From Verrucomicrobiales bacterium (lineage in GTDB: Bacteria; Verrucomicrobiota; Verrucomicrobiia; Limisphaerales; UBA9464), in contig JAIXZE010000292.1 in the NCBI GenBank assembly GCA_027489875.1, positions 402 to 64,401 on the forward strand: 64,000 nucleotides of DNA. Direction: 5' to 3'. The translations under genes and the position numbers were made by a program. Under the pieces are notes generated by a model. The model saw nothing but the letters and a program-made list of their open reading frames with translations, had not been told where the DNA came from and searched no databases. This document shows, piece after piece, positions 51,919 to 60,700 of this stretch. Numbering within the stretch: the first letter of the stretch is position 1; every line of letters starts with the position of its first letter.

Positions 51919-52410
51919 GTGCGCAGGGGATGGCGATTCTATGGTGGGTATTGGGGACCGGTGGTGCTCTGGATGGGCATGATCTTCTGGGGTTCCACGG
52001 ATGCGTTGTCGGCGAACCGTACGTCGCGGTTCCTGGGACCGTTCCTGCGGTGGTTGGTGCCGGGGATCAGTACCGAGGCGGAGGGACGTGTGCGCTTTGT
52101 GATCCGGAAGGGCGGGCACGTTTCGGAGTATGCGGTGCTGGCGCTGCTGCTGGCGCGGGCGCTGCGGTCCGGGGTGGATCCCGGAAATCCTCGGGGACAC
52201 CGGATCTGGGTGTGGGGGGCGTGGGGCGTGGCGACGGCCTATGCATTCACGGATGAGTTCCATCAGTCGTTCCATGCGACCCGGCAGGGGTCCTTGATCG
52301 ACGTTGGCATCGATTCGATGGGGGCGGCGGTGGGCGTCTTGGTGTTCGTGTGGGGGTTACGGTGGTGGGCTCGGCGGCGGGAGCGGGTGAGGACGTCTTC
52401 ATCGGATTGA
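51919..52410 (+). CDS. VanZ-family membrane protein
   Basis: WMGMIFWGSTDALS...RKGGHVSEYAVLALLL...TDEFHQSF...R.GSLIDVGIDSMGAAVG. The start is uncertain (GTG at 51919 or ATG at 51973) but must lie after the repeat at 51722-51852. Confidence 0.75.
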   Translation: MRRGWRFYGGYWGPVVLWMGMIFWGSTDALSANRTSRFLGPFLRWLVPGISTEAEGRVRFVIRKGGHVSEYAVLALLLARALRSGVDPGNPRGHRIWVWGAWGVATAYAFTDEFHQSFHATRQGSLIDVGIDSMGAAVGVLVFVWGLRWWARRRERVRTSSSD

Positions 52411-52535
52411 GGAGGGGCTTTGGGGTGGGGCGACGTGGACGTCGCCGCCCCGTCCGTGAGTGGGGGCGATGTCTTCATCACCATGGGGGGGGGCTTTTGG
52501 GGAGGGCGACGAGGACGTCGCCGCCCCGATCGGGG
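52386..52535 (-). mobile_element. MITE-like repeat family, copy 5 (variant with three palindromic units)
   Basis: GGCGACGTGGACGTCGCC (52429), GGCGATGTCTTCATCACC (52465) and GGCGACGAGGACGTCGCC (52505). No clear terminal repeats. Confidence 0.55.
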
Positions 52536-52593
52536 GCGGGTGGAGTCCGATTCGACGCGGGCGTTTGGGGCGTTATGATGCCGCCACCCAAAC

Positions 52594-55011
52594 ATGGAAC
52601 GTCCCCTGGTCGGGCCAGTGCTGGCCCTCATGTGCGGCATTGCTGCCGCGCGGTTGCTGGAATGTCCATCAACGGTCGGCTTGGCGCTGGCGTTGGTGGG
52701 GTTGCTTTCATTCGTGGTTTGCGGACGCGAAGGCAGTGCTGTCGGGCGAGGGTGGGAAGCCTGGCGGTTGCGTTTCGCCTGCGTGCTGGTCGGCGTGGGC
52801 CATCTCGCGGTCTGGAACGATACGGACGGACCACGGAACGTTGCCGGCGTGATTCCTGCCGAGCCGACCCTGGGATCGGTGCGCGGGGTGGTGTCGGATC
52901 CGGGGGAGTTGAAGGAGGTGCGCGGAAAGCCCGGGGCGATGCAGCGGATGGTGGAGTTGAAGGTCGAGGGGTGGCGTGCGCGCAACCGTGCATGGCAACC
53001 GGTGGAAGGCCGGGTGCGCGTGCGGTTTCGGGAGGCGCGAGGGTTGGAAGTGCGGCGGGGGATGGTTGCTGAAGTTTTCGGGGTCTTTCAGCGACCGAAG
53101 CCGCCCCTCTTGCCGGGCGGATTCGATGACGCGGCGCACCTGTCGGCGCGCGGCATCCGTCGGGTGGGGGAATGCGAAGGGGCCAACGACTGGCGTCTGA
53201 TCGGGGATCCTCCGCTGCCGGGGCCGGCCGACCGGTTCCTGCCATGGGCACACACGACGCTGTCGCGGGGAGTCCCTGACGATGCCGCGACGCGGTTGAT
53301 CCGATCGATGGTGTTGGGATGGCGCGGTGGGCTGGAAGAGGAGTGGCGGGAGGCGTTCATGGAGTCGGGGACTTTGCATGTCTTTGCGATCAGCGGACTG
53401 CACATCGCACTGGTCGCGGGCGGATTGGTGGAGGTGCTGCGGTTGGTGCGGATGCGTCGGGAGTGGTGCGTGTGGGTGGTGATTCCGGTGGTGTGGTTTT
53501 ATGTGGCGGCGACCGGATGGCAGGCGTCGGCGGTGCGATCGGCGGTGATGTCGACGGTGGTCGTGGCGGGGTGGGCCTTGAGGCGTCCGTCGGACCTGCT
53601 GAATTCGCTGGCGGCATCGGCGTGGGTGATCCTGGCGGTGGATCCCGGGCAATTGTTCCAGGCGGGGTTTCAGCTGTCATTCGGGGTGGTGGCCGGGATG
53701 GCGGTGTGGGTGAAGCCGGTGGAGGGATGGCTGGAGCGTTGGCTGGGGCCGGATCCGTTGGTGGCGGAATCGACGCGGGGGTGGATGGCGCGCCTGGGGA
53801 TTTCGATCGGGCGCTGGTTGGCGGTGAACCTGGCGGCGTCGATTGCGGCGTGGGTGACGTCGGTTCCACTGGGGGTTCACCATTTCCAGTTGGTGAGCTT
53901 CTCGGGATTGGTGGCGAACCTGGTGGTGGTGCCGGTGAGCGGGTTGTGCCTGATGGCCGGGTTGCTGTCGTTGTTGGTGGTGCCGGTGTGGGAGGGGGCA
54001 TCGGTGTGGATGAACCAGTCGGCGTGGTTGTGGATGGAGATGATGATGCAGGCGGGGAAGTGGGCGTCGCGGATTCCCGGGGGCCACTGGGCGGTGGAGG
54101 CCCCGGCGTGGGGTTGGTGGAGCGGGTACGCCTGGATGCTTTTTGGGGTCGGGCCACGGTGGGTGATGGGGCGGCCATTGGGGTGGCGCTGGGTGGCTCC
54201 ACCGGGAATCGCGTGCGTGGCTGCGATGCTGGCCGTGGGGGTGTCGTTGCGCACCACACGCATCGCCTGCCTGCCATGGGGCGCCGGGGTGTTGCTGGAG
54301 CAGGGGTGGAGATCCGAAATGCTCGTGGATTGCGGGCCGGCGGTCTTTGCACGGAGGGCGCTGCCGGATTGGTTGCGCTCGCGCGGCATCGAACGGTTGG
54401 ACGATGCGATCGGGGCCGCCGGCGAAAGCCGGTTCGCCGGTGGCTGGCCGGAGTTGATGAAAGGCATCGGCGTCGGCGCGTTCTGGGTGGGGCCGGAGGG
54501 AAGGTCGGGGAGCGCGCTGCGACAGGCGCACGCGGCGGCGCATGACCATGGGATCCCCATCCGGCGTTTGTCGGCCGGTCGTTCGGTGGGTTCGTGGGAG
54601 GTGCTGTGGCCGGAGGAAGGGGGCGAAGGGACAAGGTCGGATGATCATGCGCTGGTCCTGGCAGGGCGTGTGAACGGGGTGCGCTGTTCCTTGATCCCGA
54701 GCCTGAATCCGGACGCCCAACGGCGGCTGATCGCCCGGCATGGCGCAGGGCTTCGCGCGGACGTGGTGATCGCCGGTGTTCCGGGACGGGGGGAACCGCT
54801 GGCGCCGGAGTTGTTGGCCTGTCTTCAGCCGAAGGCAGTGGTGTTGCTGACGTCGGACCGGCCGGCGTCGTTGAAGCTTTCGCGCGCGGTGCGACGCCGG
54901 TTGCGCGCCTCCGTGCCGGATGGCGCGGTGTGGTTCACGGACGAGGTGGGGGCCGTGGAGGTGGTGCTGCGTGCGGGCCGATGGAACGTGGTGACGGGAA
55001 CAGAACGCTGA
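52594..55011 (+). CDS. comEC: ComEC/Rec2-family DNA-internalisation channel protein (MBL-like C-domain degenerate)
   Basis: Polytopic. The competence-domain motif FMESGTLHVFAISGLHIALVAG is present. In the C-terminal MBL-like region, THxDxDHxGG is replaced by GAAGESRFAGG. Confidence 0.85.
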   Translation: MERPLVGPVLALMCGIAAARLLECPSTVGLALALVGLLSFVVCGREGSAVGRGWEAWRLRFACVLVGVGHLAVWNDTDGPRNVAGVIPAEPTLGSVRGVVSDPGELKEVRGKPGAMQRMVELKVEGWRARNRAWQPVEGRVRVRFREARGLEVRRGMVAEVFGVFQRPKPPLLPGGFDDAAHLSARGIRRVGECEGANDWRLIGDPPLPGPADRFLPWAHTTLSRGVPDDAATRLIRSMVLGWRGGLEEEWREAFMESGTLHVFAISGLHIALVAGGLVEVLRLVRMRREWCVWVVIPVVWFYVAATGWQASAVRSAVMSTVVVAGWALRRPSDLLNSLAASAWVILAVDPGQLFQAGFQLSFGVVAGMAVWVKPVEGWLERWLGPDPLVAESTRGWMARLGISIGRWLAVNLAASIAAWVTSVPLGVHHFQLVSFSGLVANLVVVPVSGLCLMAGLLSLLVVPVWEGASVWMNQSAWLWMEMMMQAGKWASRIPGGHWAVEAPAWGWWSGYAWMLFGVGPRWVMGRPLGWRWVAPPGIACVAAMLAVGVSLRTTRIACLPWGAGVLLEQGWRSEMLVDCGPAVFARRALPDWLRSRGIERLDDAIGAAGESRFAGGWPELMKGIGVGAFWVGPEGRSGSALRQAHAAAHDHGIPIRRLSAGRSVGSWEVLWPEEGGEGTRSDDHALVLAGRVNGVRCSLIPSLNPDAQRRLIARHGAGLRADVVIAGVPGRGEPLAPELLACLQPKAVVLLTSDRPASLKLSRAVRRRLRASVPDGAVWFTDEVGAVEVVLRAGRWNVVTGTER

Positions 55012-55061
55012 AGGTCGGGGGCTTGCGGTGCAGGCGGTGTGGGCATTAACTCCCGCGCACG

Positions 55062-56525
55062 ATGAGTTCCCCGATGTGGGCCGAGGCTTCGGCCATGGAG
55101 CATGCGAAGGCGTACCGAACCCATGCCGGACTTCCGGCATTGGCCGGGTTGGCGACGTTTCCCGAGGCCGTGCGGGCCGGGTTGTCCGTGGAGGAATCGG
55201 TGCGCCGGCTGAAGGCGCACCACTACTGCCTGCGGCGATTGCACCAGATCCTGATCGCCCGGCTGACTTCGGAGCCGGTCTACGAGTTGAAGATGGCCTT
55301 CTCGTTGCATGCCCACATCCTCGCGGAACATGTCGCCGCGATCCGCGCCCGCGTGGGCGAGATGCGCGAGCCGCCCCTGGGGTTGGACAAGGTGCCGCAC
55401 GCGGCATTGGAGGTGTTCTTCGACGAGTTGCGGCAGGCCCCCACGACCGAGGCGTTGCTGGTTGGGTTCTACGAATTGGCGCTGCCGGCCTTGCGGGAGG
55501 GCATGGAGCAACACCGTCGGGAAACCCATCCGGTAGCCGATCAACCTACGGTGCGGTTGCTGCGGTTTGCCCTGCTGGAACTGGAAGACCTGATTGCATA
55601 CGGGCGTTCCGCGGTGGCGGAGCTGGTGTCGACGGAGGCGCGCGCCGCAATGATGCCAGGCCTCGCCGTGCTGGTCGCGGCGGTGGTCGGGGCCGGTGGA
55701 TTCGACGGTTGTTCAGAACCGGGTTCTGTTCCCGAGCGACTCCATTCCCGGGAACCCTACCGGTACGACGGCGTGCCGCGTCGGGATGGGCGGTTTCCGG
55801 ATCCGTACAACATGGGGGTGAACGCGGAGGTCTTCCTGTATGACCCGGCGATGCCTGCGGACGGGAAGGTCCTGATGATGTTCTACAAGCGGCTCCGGGA
55901 AATCGATGTACCGGAGATGATGGCCAGCATCCTCGCCGAGACGCCCGACAAGCCATGGGGGTACTACCGCGACATGACGCGTCAGCTCTGGGATGAGGCC
56001 CGGCACGCGATGCTGGGGGAGGTGGGCTTCGTGGCGGCTGGCGTGGATTGGCCAAAACACGTGATGGTGAATTTCACGTGGTCGCTGGGATTGAACACGC
56101 AGCTCACGCCCAAGGAACGGCACGCGGTCCTTTATTTCATCGAGCAGGGGCTCATGCCAAAGACCGGGAAACGCCATGAATGGGAGGTGTCGCTCGCCTC
56201 ACGGAATCCGCTCGCCGCTACAATCCAGGACTTCGATTGGGCCGATGAGGTCCTCCATGCGCGCGTTGGACGTGATTGGTACGTGGCGGACATGCCCAGT
56301 CCGCACGAAGCCGTGGCCTATGGGGACCGCTGCTGGAGCAAGGTCCTGGTGGGTTGGGAAAAGTGGCGCGCGGAGGGGTTGACCGAGCACCGGAACTGGT
56401 GGCCGGGACTGTACCGCGAACACTGCGCGACGCATGGGATCCCGATGGATCCGAAAGTGGCGGCCTACGGGGTGAGTTATGCCTCGGTGCGTGCGGACCT
56501 GAAGGATATCTCGGCGTCGGCGTGA
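55062..56525 (+). CDS. Hypothetical protein, probably ferritin-like/di-iron four-helix-bundle superfamily
   Basis: 487 aa, helical. ExxH-type motifs WDEARHAMLGE and ADEVLHARVG. The family assignment is tentative. Confidence 0.5.
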   Translation: MSSPMWAEASAMEHAKAYRTHAGLPALAGLATFPEAVRAGLSVEESVRRLKAHHYCLRRLHQILIARLTSEPVYELKMAFSLHAHILAEHVAAIRARVGEMREPPLGLDKVPHAALEVFFDELRQAPTTEALLVGFYELALPALREGMEQHRRETHPVADQPTVRLLRFALLELEDLIAYGRSAVAELVSTEARAAMMPGLAVLVAAVVGAGGFDGCSEPGSVPERLHSREPYRYDGVPRRDGRFPDPYNMGVNAEVFLYDPAMPADGKVLMMFYKRLREIDVPEMMASILAETPDKPWGYYRDMTRQLWDEARHAMLGEVGFVAAGVDWPKHVMVNFTWSLGLNTQLTPKERHAVLYFIEQGLMPKTGKRHEWEVSLASRNPLAATIQDFDWADEVLHARVGRDWYVADMPSPHEAVAYGDRCWSKVLVGWEKWRAEGLTEHRNWWPGLYREHCATHGIPMDPKVAAYGVSYASVRADLKDISASA

Positions 56526-56648
56526 GGGGTCCGGGAGATTCAGGTTTCAGATCCAGGTTTGAAGCCCGTGGACCGGTGGGTTGCGTACCTTGAGAACCTA
56601 TGTATTGTGTGCGCGGCGGCTCCAACCACCTCGCCCGCTGACAAGACC

Positions 56649-57689
56649 ATGAAAACCACTCCTGCCCGTTCTTCCACCGCGATCCTTCGATGGACGCTTC
56701 TGTGCCTCGTGATGCTGCTCCAGTCGCAGACCACCTTTGGAAGGCAGTTCCAACTCGTGGCCGACAACCCGGTGATCGAGGCCGACGAGAACCGTTCGCG
56801 GATCGCCCTGTCCGTGCGCCTGGAGCCGTGGCTCCACCCGGAGCCCATCACTGTCCGGTTCACGCCCGTCGGCGGAACAGCGCGGGCCGGCATCGATTAT
56901 GAGCTGCCGGAGCCGACGACGGTTCTCGAACCGTTTGTTCCGGTGGGATTGGTTTTCCTGAATCTGATCTCGGACGGGGTGGAGGAGCCGACGCGTGACC
57001 TGTTGATCGACGCGACGATCGAGGGATCGACCAATGCGCCGATCCGGATCGAGGTGCGGATCCTGGACGGGGATTCCCAAGGACGGACGGGATTCATCTC
57101 CACGCGGTTCTCGGCAAACGAAGCGGGGCCGCTGGGATATGCGGAGATCGCCCTTTGGCGGACGCAGGATGTGAAGCGCGCGGAGGTGGTGACCTGCCGG
57201 ATTGAAGGTCAGGATTTCGGGTTGTCGGTGCTGGGCGGCACGAACGTGGTAACGGCGCGCTTCGAGCCCGGGGATTCACGGGCGTACCTGAGGATTCCGT
57301 TGGTGAACGATTCCCTCCCGCAGGGAGACCGCGACCTGCGGTTGTCGATCGTGGCCGTGGACACGACGTTGCCCCTGATCGGTGAGTTGGCGGAAGCGGT
57401 GCTGACCATCGCAGACGACGATACGAAGCGGGCGGAGGAATCGCTGGTCATCCGGGATTGGGTGAATGATGGGATCCGTGGGGTGATGATCACGACCCGG
57501 GTACCACGCGGGTTCCAGCAGCGGTTCGAGTACTCGGACAAGGGGCTGGAAGGTCCGTGGGACATCCTGACGGTGGTGTTGGGGCAGGAGGGGGAATCCT
57601 TTGCCTTCGACCAGTACGAGGAATCGTTTGGGATGCGGATGTACCGCTCGGTGCCGCCGGAGCCGTTGGAATTGACCCTGCCTTGGTGA
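56649..57689 (+). CDS. Secreted protein with Calx-beta-like repeats
   Basis: Signal peptide MKTTPARSSTAILRWTLLCLVMLL. RFTPVGGTARAGIDYE and ARFEPGDSRAYLRIPLVNDSLPQGDRDLRLSIV resemble Calx-beta. ATG at 56649. Confidence 0.6.
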   Translation: MKTTPARSSTAILRWTLLCLVMLLQSQTTFGRQFQLVADNPVIEADENRSRIALSVRLEPWLHPEPITVRFTPVGGTARAGIDYELPEPTTVLEPFVPVGLVFLNLISDGVEEPTRDLLIDATIEGSTNAPIRIEVRILDGDSQGRTGFISTRFSANEAGPLGYAEIALWRTQDVKRAEVVTCRIEGQDFGLSVLGGTNVVTARFEPGDSRAYLRIPLVNDSLPQGDRDLRLSIVAVDTTLPLIGELAEAVLTIADDDTKRAEESLVIRDWVNDGIRGVMITTRVPRGFQQRFEYSDKGLEGPWDILTVVLGQEGESFAFDQYEESFGMRMYRSVPPEPLELTLPW

Positions 57690-57706
57690 AGGACGCTTCC
57701 AACGCC

Positions 57707-60700
57707 CTAGTCATTGAGGGGTTGGGTGGAGCGGAGGTAGGCGAAGAGGTCGCGGACCTGTTGGTCGGACAGGTCTGCGAGGAGGCCTTCGGGCATGAGG
57801 CTGGAACCGGCGGGGGTGAGGGATTGGAGGTTGTCGCGGTCGAGGGGGACCGATTGTCCGTCCGGCGTGCGCAGGACGATGTTGCGCGGGGTCTGTGCTG
57901 CGAGGAATCCGAAGAGGGTACGGCCATCGCGGGTCTCGGCCTGGAAGGATTCGAAGCCTTCGCGGATCTCGGCGTTGGGATTGACGATGTTGAGAAGGAG
58001 GTTGGGGAGGTCGGTGCGCTGATAGACCGTGAGGTCGGGACCGACGTCGCCGCCCTTGGTGAAGAGCTTGTGGCAGGTGCCGCAACGTTCGAGGAAGAGC
58101 TTCTTTCCGGGATACGGGCTGCCGGTGGCGAGGTTGATCACTTCGGCGAGGCGAAGGATCTCGCGTTCGAGTTCGGTCGAGGTGGGTTGCCGGAGCTGCG
58201 GCCAGAGGCGCGCGGTGAGTCGGGCGATGGATTCCCCGGGGAGGGCCTTGAGCTTGCGGGCGAGATCGGTGGGCACGCTGGCGACGGGAATGCGTCCGGC
58301 GTCGAGGGCGGTGAGGAGGGCCTCGGCCCAGCGGGCGCGGGAGGCGAGGGCGGCGAGGGTGACGGGCTGGAGGGCAGGGGGATGGGACGGCAATTGCGTG
58401 AGAAGCTCTGAAGCGATCGCAGGGTCGTTGAAGGATTGGAGGGCACCGAGGGCGGCGCGGCGGAGGTCAAGCGGCTTGGCGTCCCTCACGAGGGTCAGGA
58501 GGGCAGGGATGGCGGCGGGAAGCTGGATCTCGCCGAGGACCTGGACGAGTTGGATCCGTTCGGAGGTGGCCGCCTTGTCGTCGCGGATCCGGGCGAGGGC
58601 CTGCTCGACCGCGGCGGGGCGGGCACGGCGGGTGCCGATGAGGAGGGATTCCCCTCCAGCCTTCTCCATGGCGAGCACGAGTTCTTCGGGGAGGGCAGGG
58701 AGTGGACTGCCGGCGGTGGCTTCCTCGAATCCGCGGGTGAGGCGCGCGGTGGCTTCGGCCGAGGGCGAAAGCGTGAAGAGGCGCGTGGTGAACTTCAGGT
58801 CGGCGGGTTTGCCGGTGGCGGTGAAGCGGCGGGCGAGTCGATGCAGGATGTGCTGGTGAACCACGGGGGCACGCCAGAGTTCGCGGTCCGTGAAGAGGTC
58901 GAGGACGGCGTCCGGAGCGGAGGCACAGTGCTGTTCGATGGCCCACCAGAGGAGGAGGGGGAGACGGGGATCGGCGGCGTCGCGGTCCTGGGACAGTAGG
59001 GCCTTCACGATGGGCAACGACTGGGCGGGGGGCAGGCGCCGGGCGGTGGAAGCGAGCTGGGATCGGACCTCGACGTCGGGTTCGTTGGCGGCGATCTGGG
59101 CGAGTTGGGAGGCGAGTTCGGTCGGGACGGGACCGTGGTCGCCGATGAAACGGGCGGTCCAGAGGCGGAGCTGGGGATTGGGGTGACGCAGGGCAACGGA
59201 GCGGAGCGGGGCATCGAGGGCTCCCAGTTGGTGCAAGGCCCACAGCGATTCAAGGGCGAGGTCGGGTCCGACGTTCGGAGCGGGCGCGTTCAGTTGGGCG
59301 CGGAGCAAGGGAACGGCGGCTGGATCCCGTTGGTCGGCGAGGCGGCGGAGGTTGAGCTCGCGGACGAGGCGGTTGGTGTGACCGAGGCTGGCCACGCGTT
59401 GGGCGGTGGGGAGGTTGGCGAGATTCGGCGTGGAGCCGGGGCGGGTGTCGCGATGACGGAGGCGGTAGATGCGGCCGTTGGAAGCGTCCATCTGCCCTTC
59501 GTGGTTCCGGTAGTGGTTCACCTGGCGGTCGTACCAATCGCAGACGTAGAGCGCGCCGTCGGGACCGAGCTTGATGTCGACGGGGCGGAAGAAGGCATCC
59601 GTGGAACGGACGGGGTGGCCGAGGTCGCGGGTGCGGAAGGTGGAGCCGTCGCGGGTGATCTCGGACAGGACGATCCGGCCCTGGAGGGGTTCGACGCCGA
59701 AGAGGCGGCCTTGGTAGGCCTCGCCGAGGGCGCCGGAGTCGTAGAGGACGAAGTTGTGGGTGAAACGGTCGACGTCCGGGTGGGGGATGGCGGGGAAGTA
59801 GCCGTAGGCATGGGGATTCGAGAGCGGGCCGTGCTTGTCGAAGCCCTTCTGGAGGTAGGCACCCTGTTGGTAGTGGAAGCCGCGGGTGTTGCCGCCGTTG
59901 TGACCGGAGAAGACGCGGCCGGCGGAATCGAACTCGAGGCCAAAGGCGTTCCCGCCGCCTTCGCTGAAGACTTCGTAGACGCGGCGTTCGGGGTGGTAAC
60001 GCCAGATGTTCTGGCCCTGGGAATAGACGGGTTTCGCGCCGAGCGGTTTTCCGTCCGGACCGTGGACGAGGATGTTGCCGGTGACGGTGGAACCCTGGCA
60101 GCCGTAAAGCCAACCATCCGGACCCCAACGCAGCGAGTTGGCGACCGAATGGGTGTCCTCCAGCCCGAATCCCGTGAGACGGACCTCGGGATCGCCGTCG
60201 GGTTTGTCGTCGTGATTGGCGTCCGGATAGAAGAGCAGGTAGGGCGGGTTCAACACCCAGACGCCGCCGCGTCCGAAGGCCACGCTGGTGGCGATGTTGA
60301 GGCCGTCGACGAAGATCGAGTGGCGGTCGAAGGTGCCGTTGCCGTCGGAGTCTTCATGGATGCTGATGCGGTCGGCACCGCGGAAGTGGTTGGGCGGTGG
60401 GGGCGGGACCTTGTCGTAGACAGCGCGCCAGAAGTTGTCCCGGGAAACCATCTTCAGGCCGGCAGGGTGCGGGTATTGGCGGTACTCGACGACCCACATC
60501 CGGCCGCGTTCGTCGAAGGTCAGGAAGACGGGTTGGGCGATGTCGGGTTCGGCGAGGATCTGATCCCAGGCGAGGCCGGGAGCGATGTCGAAGCGGAGGG
60601 CGGCTTCGGCGGGGGGGAGGGGGGCGAGTTGGGGCGGAGGAGTGGCGGCAGGTGCCGTGGCCGTCGGAGCCGTGGTCGGGGAAATCGAGGCCGAGGTTTT

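Noticed and set aside
50701-52275. Track ORF giving ThiL a 212-aa N-terminal extension. Similar 5' extensions occur on queA, mraZ, ftsI, murF, ftsW, ftsQ, ftsA, the Rieske gene, the cytochrome c lipoprotein and vanZ.
   Set aside because: The extensions run through intergenic repeats or overlap the upstream gene, are Pro/Arg-rich, and precede an internal ATG or GTG that matches the family's normal N-terminus.
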